Below, in pieces: positions 37,609 through 44,918 of a stretch of 64,000 nt of DNA. This stretch comes from Victivallaceae bacterium. GTDB lineage: Bacteria > Verrucomicrobiota > Lentisphaeria > Victivallales > Victivallaceae. Numbering within the stretch: position 1 is the first letter of the stretch; each line of letters opens with the position of its first letter. The notes beneath the pieces were generated by a model. It saw only the letters and a list, made by a program, of their open reading frames with translations. It had not been told where the DNA came from and searched no databases. A program made the position numbers and the translations under genes. The stretch is from contig JAZNEV010000075.1 of the NCBI GenBank assembly GCA_045588835.1, positions 7,979 to 71,978 on the forward strand. Direction: 5' to 3'.

Positions 37609-38760
37609 TCAGGAAATTTTTATCGTGATTTTGGCACAATAGTCACCATCGGCTTCAGGCAACATTTCTGCATTCGCGGTGTATTTGCCAGCCGGTCCGC
37701 AATCAACGACAAAAGATTGGTCAAGATTCCCCATCGGTGGAGCCAGGTAAATGGCAAAACGTTTGACGTTTTCAGCCGAAACGGCAAAGTGGTTGTTACC
37801 GAGATTTTCCGCAATTATTCTTGAGCCTGGCAGAGCGATGGTTTTTAACTCATAATTCTGTTGATCAAAGTCGTCGATCGTCCATGCAATATTGGGACCG
37901 GTCAGATGGATTTTGTCATAAAAAATGGTTCCGTTTCCAGCTTCCAGCAATTCCAAATATCTGGCTTTGGGGGCATCGGATAATTCCGGATCGGCTGACC
38001 CTCTGGGAGTGATAAGTGCGGTCTTTTTTGCATAGGGATTCCGTTTTTGGGATTCGGCCCACTTGAGAAAACTGCGAAGGGCCATTTGTGCCGGCTCCCA
38101 ACGCAGTCCGTGACCGCCGTCATGCTCATCGTAGATGTGTTCGATTTGATAACGGGTCATCAACTCATGAGCGGCTCTGCCGAAAGACACTCCGCACCAG
38201 TCATGGTGGCGCGGTTCTTTGTGAAATTCCCGGTAGTTGGAAGCACAATCGTATTTCCCGTGGAGAATGTATACTCCGGTGCCGTACAATGAACGAAAAT
38301 CCGATATTTGCCATGCCCCGGCACTCAACCATACTCCGGCAGCCCGGTCGGCATATATCTGGCCAAGATGATATGCGCCGAAACCACCCATCGAATGACC
38401 GCCGATAATAATGCGGTCGCGGTCGATCAATGTCCGTTGTCCGGCGTCGTTGATTATATCATCGATCGCTTTCACTGCCGCGGCACGGTTCCAGCGTTTT
38501 CCGTCGATCTCAACCGGGGCGCTGGCGGCAGCCACGATAAAGTTGCAATGATCGATATGCGGCCTCAAGGTACCTTTTTCCGGATCCAGATAAGTGTCAA
38601 ACGGTGCGGTTTCCGGAGAATTGGCATCTCCACCATGCATGAAAAGCAGTAATCCGGCCGGCTTGGTCAAGTCGATATTTTCCGGGACAAAATAATAGAT
38701 CTTTCCATCACTTCTGCCCGGGGCAGGGGAAAAACATGATAAACCGTAATTCAAAGACAT
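37609..38760 (-). CDS. Alpha/beta-hydrolase (esterase/peptidase-like) with extra C-terminal domain
   Basis: Nucleophile elbow GGHSMGG, LLFMHGGD, and a C-terminal His region. Start MSLNYG (38760) lies behind AAGGAG, 11 nt after the mraY stop. Confidence 0.8.
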   Translation of the reverse strand: MSLNYGLSCFSPAPGRSDGKIYYFVPENIDLTKPAGLLLFMHGGDANSPETAPFDTYLDPEKGTLRPHIDHCNFIVAAASAPVEIDGKRWNRAAAVKAIDDIINDAGQRTLIDRDRIIIGGHSMGGFGAYHLGQIYADRAAGVWLSAGAWQISDFRSLYGTGVYILHGKYDCASNYREFHKEPRHHDWCGVSFGRAAHELMTRYQIEHIYDEHDGGHGLRWEPAQMALRSFLKWAESQKRNPYAKKTALITPRGSADPELSDAPKARYLELLEAGNGTIFYDKIHLTGPNIAWTIDDFDQQNYELKTIALPGSRIIAENLGNNHFAVSAENVKRFAIYLAPPMGNLDQSFVVDCGPAGKYTANAEMLPEADGDYCAKITIKIS

Positions 38761-38771
38761 GGTAAGACTCC

Positions 38772-39881
38772 TTATCGCAGTTTTAATGTCGCCAGAGCCA
38801 TAAGAGCAAAGATGCCGGAAAGTATCCAGAAACGGACAACGATTTGGGTTTCTGTCCAACCTTTACGTTCAAAATGGTGGTGGATCGGAGTGCAGAGAAA
38901 AATTCTTTTACCGGTGAGTTTGAATGAAGCAACTTGCAATATTACAGAAACGATTTCCATAACATATACCCCGCCGATGAGAGCCAGTAATATTTCCTGC
39001 CGGGAGAGCACGGCCAACATGCCGATCGCTCCACCGAGGGCAAGACTGCCGGTATCGCCCATGAACATTGAGGCAGGATGGCAGTTGTGCCAGAGAAATC
39101 CGACACAGCCGCCACCGAGAGCCGCCGCGAAGACAACCGCTTCTCCGATGCCGTTGATGTACGGCAGATCAAGGTAAGAAGCGAATATGTGGTGGCCCAT
39201 CAAATAAGTGAATACCGCATAGGAAAGGGCACAGAAAATGGTACATCCGCTGGCCAGACCGTCTTTGCCGTCAGTAAGGTTTACTGCATTGGATGCACCT
39301 ACGATAATGATTGCCACGGAAAACACCGGAAGCACCCACCACCACGAACCGAGATCGACCGGTTCTTTTACAAAAGGAATGACCAGTTTGCTCATAATGC
39401 GGTTCAATTCCGGATTGCGCCAAAACAGCCACAAGACCAAAGCTCCGATGAGAAATTGTCCGGCAAGTTTGAGTTTACCCGGTAATCCATCCCGTTTCTG
39501 TTTGAAAACTTTGAGAAAATCATCCAGAAAGCCGATCAATGCAAATCCCAGAGTTCCGCCCATCAGGATCCAGCAAATGCCATTGGATGCACTCCAGTTG
39601 CTCCATAATAAAGTGCCGAGCAAAACTCCGCCGATCAACAGGATCCCCCCCATGCACGGAGTACTGTTTTTGCGTTTGTCAAGAATATCCGCAGGCAGGA
39701 CTCCTTCGTATCTGGCTGCTGCCCGTACATTGAAGTTGCGGAGCATCGCTGCAAATTTTCCGCCGAAAAGAGCCACGGTCAGAAATGCTGTGGCAGCCGC
39801 TCCGCCGGCCCGGAATGTGATGTATTCAAAAAGACGCAACGGGCCGAAAAGATCACTGAAATTTGAAAGATAGTAAAACAT
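38772..39881 (-). CDS. mraY: Phospho-N-acetylmuramoyl-pentapeptide transferase
   Basis: NAVNLTDGKDGLA and MGDTGSLALGG motifs, with 10 TM segments. Confidence 0.95.
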   Translation of the reverse strand: MFYYLSNFSDLFGPLRLFEYITFRAGGAAATAFLTVALFGGKFAAMLRNFNVRAAARYEGVLPADILDKRKNSTPCMGGILLIGGVLLGTLLWSNWSASNGICWILMGGTLGFALIGFLDDFLKVFKQKRDGLPGKLKLAGQFLIGALVLWLFWRNPELNRIMSKLVIPFVKEPVDLGSWWWVLPVFSVAIIIVGASNAVNLTDGKDGLASGCTIFCALSYAVFTYLMGHHIFASYLDLPYINGIGEAVVFAAALGGGCVGFLWHNCHPASMFMGDTGSLALGGAIGMLAVLSRQEILLALIGGVYVMEIVSVILQVASFKLTGKRIFLCTPIHHHFERKGWTETQIVVRFWILSGIFALMALATLKLR

Positions 39882-40012
39882 GATTTCCTTTCCTTGTCAT
39901 TGTATAAAAACACTTATATTTTGTCACAGTTGTATTATATCCTTGAGTGATGAAAAAGCAAGTGGAAATGATGATTATTTTTGAAAAATTTTCAATAGCA
40001 GTTTGAGAGATT

Positions 40013-40041
40013 TTGCAAAATGCAAAAAAAAGTGTTATTTT
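40013..40041 (+). promoter_or_regulatory. Candidate promoter for rfbD
   Basis: TTGCAA, 17-nt spacer, TATTTT. The -35 lies in the palindrome TTTTGCA-aaa-TGCAAAA. Confidence 0.4.
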
Positions 40042-40066
40042 AAGTGGTTGACTTTTATTTGCAGAT

Positions 40067-40942
40067 ATGGAAAGACGAGAAATGTATAAGAAAATTTTAT
40101 TGACCGGCGGCAAAGGTATGCTCGGCCGGACTATATGCCGGATATTGGGAAATGATTTTGAAATTATTCCGACAGATTTGCCGGAAGTTGATATTACCGA
40201 TCCGGGATCTGTGGGCAAGGCTTTGGAAAAATACGCACCGGATGCGGTGATCCATTGTGCGGCTATGACTGCTGTTGACAGGTGTGAGAGTGAAAAAACT
40301 TTGGCTTTTTTGCTCAATGCTGACGGATCAGCCAATGTTGCTTCTGCCTGCCGGAAAGCGGGGGTCAGATTGTTGGCTGTTTCTACCGATTACGTTTTTG
40401 ACGGAGGCAGTAATGATCCTTATTCTGAAAGTGATCCGGCCAATGGCGGTAATACGGTTTACGGGCAGAGCAAATTTGCCGGCGAGGAGCAAATCCGTAA
40501 GATCTATCCGCAAAATTCTCTTATCTGCCGGATAAGTTGGCTTTATGGTTTCGGGGGGCCGAGTTTTGTGCATACCATGTTGAATCTGGCTGATGGCACT
40601 CGTCCGGAATTAAAGGTAGTAAATGATCAGATCGGCAATCCGACCAGTGCTTTGGCGGTCGCCCGTAAACTCGGAGAACTTTTGCGGCATCCGGAACTTA
40701 CCGGGATCGTACATCTTACTTGTGAGGGTGAGGCCAGTTGGTATGATTTCGCCGTGGAAATATTCCGTCAGCAAAGGATCGATCAAACGGTCATTCCCTG
40801 TACCACTGATGAATTTCCCCGCCCGGCTCCCCGCCCGGCCAACTCCCGTTTACGCAAGGATAAACTTGCTCAATGGGGATTATCACCCATGCCGCAATGG
40901 CAGGATGCGTTAAGAGAATTTCTGGAATTGGAAGAATTTTGA
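40067..40942 (+). CDS. rfbD: dTDP-4-dehydrorhamnose reductase
   Basis: LLTGGKGMLG...VSTDYVFDG...YGQSKFAGE (YxxxK). The alternative start is ATG 40082. Confidence 0.9.
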   Translation: MERREMYKKILLTGGKGMLGRTICRILGNDFEIIPTDLPEVDITDPGSVGKALEKYAPDAVIHCAAMTAVDRCESEKTLAFLLNADGSANVASACRKAGVRLLAVSTDYVFDGGSNDPYSESDPANGGNTVYGQSKFAGEEQIRKIYPQNSLICRISWLYGFGGPSFVHTMLNLADGTRPELKVVNDQIGNPTSALAVARKLGELLRHPELTGIVHLTCEGEASWYDFAVEIFRQQRIDQTVIPCTTDEFPRPAPRPANSRLRKDKLAQWGLSPMPQWQDALREFLELEEF

Positions 40943-40946
40943 CGTT

Positions 40947-41216
40947 TTACTTCAAATCAAGTTGTCTGCAAACTTTTTTCAAAGCTTGAGCCAATTGATC
41001 CGGGCAACTGGTTTTCTTGCTGCCGCAACTTATGCCATTGAGGAGTTTTATCGCTTCCTGCGGTGTTTTATTTTTGGTCAGTGCTGCGACAGCGGTCAAG
41101 GAGCCGGGACAGCCGCCATTGAATCGGATAAAGGATATACGGTTGTCATCATTGATCTCTATATCAATAGAGTCACTGCATACAACCGGAGATGTCGGAA
41201 ATTTGAATTTTTTCAT
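40947..41216 (-). CDS. TSCPD-domain small protein
   Basis: FNGGCPGS...GISCGSKKTSCPDQLAQAL. The start is uncertain (41216 or 41225; the ORF opens at TTG 41237). Confidence 0.8.
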   Translation of the reverse strand: MKKFKFPTSPVVCSDSIDIEINDDNRISFIRFNGGCPGSLTAVAALTKNKTPQEAIKLLNGISCGSKKTSCPDQLAQALKKVCRQLDLK

Positions 41217-41232
41217 TTTTTGCATCAGGTAT

Positions 41233-41275
41233 AACAATATTGCACGGAATAAATTTCATTCCGTGCAATATTGTT
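41233..41275. terminator. 18-bp perfect hairpin between the Gfo-family gene and the TSCPD gene
   Basis: AACAATATTGCACGGAAT (41233-41250) and ATTCCGTGCAATATTGTT (41258-41275), with a 7-nt loop. No clean U-tract on the minus strand. Confidence 0.5.
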
Positions 41276-41288
41276 TTGTGGCAACAAC

Positions 41289-42371
41289 TTACTTGACCTG
41301 ATATGCCTTGCCGCCGTTGCGGGCGGATTTGTGAATGGCAAAACAGGCACGCAAATTGCGCAGACCATCTTCGGCATTGAGCGGTTTGCCGTCAATGACC
41401 GATTGGGCATGGTGCATGATGATCTGCTGATAGATATTCGGGAATTTACGCGGACGCAAGGGTTTGATACCATCGCTGCTTTCCAGTTCCAGACGTATGG
41501 CGTAAGGCTCATCTTTGTAACCGGAAAGTTGGAACATCGTACCGAAACCACGCAGTACCGCTGCATCACCGTAGATCTCGTAGCCGAGGTTGGAAAGAGT
41601 GCCCACCAGCCCGCCGCGGTTCTCACAAAACGCGACTTTGAATGAACCGGTCTGGCCATTTTCCAGAGTAAAACGGATGTATGCACCGTCTTCGGCTTTA
41701 ATCTGCAGAGTTTTGGGCAGATACACCGCCTGAACCTGTTTGATCCTGCTGTCGAACATGAATTCAGCCATGTAGATACAGTGACTGGCTACGTCGCCGA
41801 TCGGACCACCCATTTCATCGACATTGTTGCACCGCCAGGTGGCGGCTTCCGCCGGATCCGCACCGAAGAGAAACTCCATATGGAAGCAACTGTCACCGAT
41901 GTTTCCCAGCTTGCCGTTGGCAACATATTTGCGGGCCAACTGGTTGAATGCGTTGTAAACCATCATGTGGTCGATCGTCAGGCTCAAGTGTTTCTTAGCA
42001 GCGAGTTTGACCATTGCGGAACCGTCAGCAACAGAAGTTGCCAACGGTTTTTCGCTCATGACGTGTTTGCCGGCATTCATCGCTTTGATGGCGATCGGGG
42101 CATGACTCATATTGTTGGTCGCAATATAGACCGCATCGATTTCCGGATCGGCGAAAATCGCATCCATATCTTTGTACCATTTCAAATTGAGGGCTTCGGC
42201 GGCGGCTTGGCGGGCCGGATTCATATCGGTGGCACCGACCAGTTCGGCATTGGGCAAACCGTTGAAACGGGTTTTGTCACAGCCGAATCCCTCTTTGGCG
42301 ATACGGTTTTCGGCGATGCCGCCGAAACCGATGATCGCATATTTGACTTTTTTCATCTCATTCACCTGCAA
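41289..42371 (-). CDS. Gfo/Idh/MocA-family NAD(P)-dependent oxidoreductase
   Basis: KYAIIGFGGIAENRI Rossmann N-terminus and a family-typical C-terminal alpha/beta domain. Confidence 0.9.
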   Translation of the reverse strand: MQVNEMKKVKYAIIGFGGIAENRIAKEGFGCDKTRFNGLPNAELVGATDMNPARQAAAEALNLKWYKDMDAIFADPEIDAVYIATNNMSHAPIAIKAMNAGKHVMSEKPLATSVADGSAMVKLAAKKHLSLTIDHMMVYNAFNQLARKYVANGKLGNIGDSCFHMEFLFGADPAEAATWRCNNVDEMGGPIGDVASHCIYMAEFMFDSRIKQVQAVYLPKTLQIKAEDGAYIRFTLENGQTGSFKVAFCENRGGLVGTLSNLGYEIYGDAAVLRGFGTMFQLSGYKDEPYAIRLELESSDGIKPLRPRKFPNIYQQIIMHHAQSVIDGKPLNAEDGLRNLRACFAIHKSARNGGKAYQVK

Positions 42372-42374
42372 GGA

Positions 42375-43652
42375 TTACTTCATGTAAGCTTCAGCAACTT
42401 TCTTGAAGGCATCGATCATCGCCTGGGTGTGAGCCTCGGTGTAGACCGGATGAGTGAAAAAGCTGATGGTACGGTCAGTCATCCAGTTCGCCATTTTGCA
42501 GTTGAACTTGGTGTAGTCGATGTTGCGTGAGCGCGGGTCATTGAAAGGATAGCCGACGGTACCGAAGCCTTTACGGTCGGTGTAAGCCTGTTCTTTGTAC
42601 ATTTCCGGCCAAAGCACACTGTAAACCGGTACGCCTTCAGCGGCGATAGCGGCGATGAATTGTTTGGTATCGATACCTTCTTTGAGTTTGTCGGTATCAA
42701 TGACGAACGGGGCCCACCAGAAGGAGTTCTGACGTTCTTCAGTGTCGACCGGGCAGTATTTGATCAACGGGTGATCTTTGAGCTGGGCAATCAGCATTTT
42801 ACCATTGCGGATACGGTTTTTGAGGTTCCAGTCATCGAAACGCTCAAGTTCGCACAGACCGATCTGGCTCTGCATTTCAGTCATGCGGAAGTTGAAACCG
42901 ACGCGACGGTGGATGTAGAGTTGTTTGCCTTCCATTTCCAGAAGATTGAGCTTGGCTTTGACATCATAGCCATGGTCACGGAAAGAACGGCATTCCCAGG
43001 CGAGATCTTCATCATTGGTGACGACCATACCGCCTTCACCGCCGGTGGTGAAGTGTTTGCTCTGGCAGAAACTGAAGCATCCGACATTACCGATGGTACC
43101 GGCTTTTTTGCCTTTATATACACCGCCGAAGCACTGGGCGCAGTCTTCAACCACATAGAGATTGTGTTTTTTGGCGATTTCCATGATCGGATCCATATCG
43201 GCAACCATACCGTAGAGGTGGACGACGACGATCGCTTTGGTGCGTTCGGTGATCGCCGCTTCGATCTGGTTGGGATCGATCAGGTGGTCGGTGCCGCAGT
43301 CAACGAAAACCGGCAAAGCACCGGCCTGCAGCGCACAGAAACTTGAAGCGATAAAACTGTATGAAGTACAGATCACCTCATCGCCGGGACCGACACCGAG
43401 GCTGGCCAGAGCGGTGTGCAGGGCACAGGTGCCGTTGGCAACACTGATTGCGTTTTTGACACCGAGCCATTCAGCCCATTTTTTCTCGAATTCCATACCG
43501 ATTTTGCCGGTCCAATAGTTGACCTTGCCGGATTTCAGGATGTCGGTAACTTTGTCATAGACTGCGGGATTGAATTGGGGCCAAGTGGGGAATGCCTCAT
43601 TAAATACTTTGCTTCCGCCATTGATCGCCAGTTCTTTGATGTCGATAGCCAT
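42375..43652 (-). CDS. DegT/DnrJ/EryC1/StrS-family PLP-dependent sugar aminotransferase/dehydratase
   Basis: NGTCALHTAL...DCAQCFG...FSFCQSKHFTTGEGG (PLP lysine). Confidence 0.9.
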   Translation of the reverse strand: MAIDIKELAINGGSKVFNEAFPTWPQFNPAVYDKVTDILKSGKVNYWTGKIGMEFEKKWAEWLGVKNAISVANGTCALHTALASLGVGPGDEVICTSYSFIASSFCALQAGALPVFVDCGTDHLIDPNQIEAAITERTKAIVVVHLYGMVADMDPIMEIAKKHNLYVVEDCAQCFGGVYKGKKAGTIGNVGCFSFCQSKHFTTGGEGGMVVTNDEDLAWECRSFRDHGYDVKAKLNLLEMEGKQLYIHRRVGFNFRMTEMQSQIGLCELERFDDWNLKNRIRNGKMLIAQLKDHPLIKYCPVDTEERQNSFWWAPFVIDTDKLKEGIDTKQFIAAIAAEGVPVYSVLWPEMYKEQAYTDRKGFGTVGYPFNDPRSRNIDYTKFNCKMANWMTDRTISFFTHPVYTEAHTQAMIDAFKKVAEAYMK

Positions 43653-43696
43653 TTTTGTTCCTCCTTGTTTGGGTTGTTCTTGGCTGACTGGTTCAA

Positions 43697-44737
43697 TTAA
43701 TTTTCAACCGGTTCAAACCGGTATGACAACTGTTTGGTGCCGGGATCACCGCCGCGCAGTACATCAAGCAGCAAATCGACGGCCAGTGCGGCATATTTCT
43801 CAATATCCTGCCGGAAAAGAATCATCCGGTCAGACGGATATTTTTCATCAAGTTCCGCATGGATGATCGTAGCGATCTGCGGCATGTAGGTCACTTGCGG
43901 CAACTGTTTTGAAATCAAACCGGCAAGCAGACCGCTGACAATGGTATCATCGTCACTTACGATGCCATCGGGCCTTTGAGCCGGGGGGAGTGCCAGTAAT
44001 TTACCGGCAATGTCAGTACCACCGGCATAAGAGTTGCCCACCAGAGCAGGCAGGGAACTGCCGCGCAGAGTCAACTGTTCATCAGATGCACAAAGTTGTA
44101 CCAGTCTGGTACAACCGGAATGTTTCAATGCTTTTACCGCATCGGCGATAAAACGTTTTACTTCAATGACCACACTTAACGGCATGGATTTCTGATCATC
44201 ATCCCCAATAAAACAACACGGTATGTCACCGGCTTCAAGACGTTCAATATCAGAATCGGCAAATTGGCACAGCGAAATTATGCCGTCGCACCGGTGTTCG
44301 AATACGGCCTGTTCCAAACCCGGGAATTCTGCCAGAGCGGGGCAGGGGGAACTCGTCGGATCGGTACTTTGAAAAAAGGTCAGACAGCGGCAATTTTTTT
44401 CGCTCAATAATTTTTGAATGAAACCGGCCAGAGTCGCAGCGTAAGCACTGCCGGCCAGATTACGGATGGCGACAGCGACTGTTCTGCCGGTGAGATGACC
44501 ACCGTGGGGATCTGCGACAAAAAGCCCGACTTTATCCCGCACTTCGAGTACCCCGAGATTGCACAGGGAATCAACTGCTGCGGCAATGGTTTGACTGCCG
44601 AAGCCGAATTCAGCCCGCAGTTTTGCGTAAGGCGGCAGACGGTCTCCGGTGGAAAGACCATTATCCTGAATATAGGTGATCAGGGCATTGCGGGCACTTT
44701 CCACCCGTCGGGGCAGTTCCACGGCTGACTTCATCAA
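43697..44737 (-). CDS. GntR-type HTH regulator fused to a LacI/PBP1-like sugar-binding domain
   Basis: N-terminus LPPYAKLRAEFGFGSQTIAAAVDSLCNLGVLEVRDKVGLFV. The C-terminus has a periplasmic-binding-fold pattern. Confidence 0.85.
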   Translation of the reverse strand: MMKSAVELPRRVESARNALITYIQDNGLSTGDRLPPYAKLRAEFGFGSQTIAAAVDSLCNLGVLEVRDKVGLFVADPHGGHLTGRTVAVAIRNLAGSAYAATLAGFIQKLLSEKNCRCLTFFQSTDPTSSPCPALAEFPGLEQAVFEHRCDGIISLCQFADSDIERLEAGDIPCCFIGDDDQKSMPLSVVIEVKRFIADAVKALKHSGCTRLVQLCASDEQLTLRGSSLPALVGNSYAGGTDIAGKLLALPPAQRPDGIVSDDDTIVSGLLAGLISKQLPQVTYMPQIATIIHAELDEKYPSDRMILFRQDIEKYAALAVDLLLDVLRGGDPGTKQLSYRFEPVEN

Positions 44738-44773
44738 ATCACATTCCCAAAAAAGTTTTCAGATCGAAACGAT

Positions 44774-44793
44774 GTATACTGTTTTTAGTATAC
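44774..44793. promoter_or_regulatory. GTATAC-type palindrome upstream of the GntR gene (candidate operator)
   Basis: GTATACT-gttttt-AGTATAC, a perfect 7-bp inverted repeat 37 nt upstream of the start codon. GntR operators are typically GT-n-AC palindromes. Confidence 0.45.
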
Positions 44794-44918
44794 GCTTATT
44801 AATATAACTCACTTTTTCGGATTGTCAATAGTTGGAAACGGGCAATGCGTCAATAATTTGCAAAAAAATGATGAAAACAGCAGCAAAGACGTGGCTGAAA
44901 TCTCATTTCCGGGATAAA

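Noticed and set aside
38761-38859. Upstream extension of the esterase ORF overlapping the mraY 3' end by 88 nt
   Set aside because: The internal ATG at 38760 is preceded by AAGGAG and starts 11 nt after the mraY stop. The extension would be translated in a different frame over the conserved mraY C-terminus.
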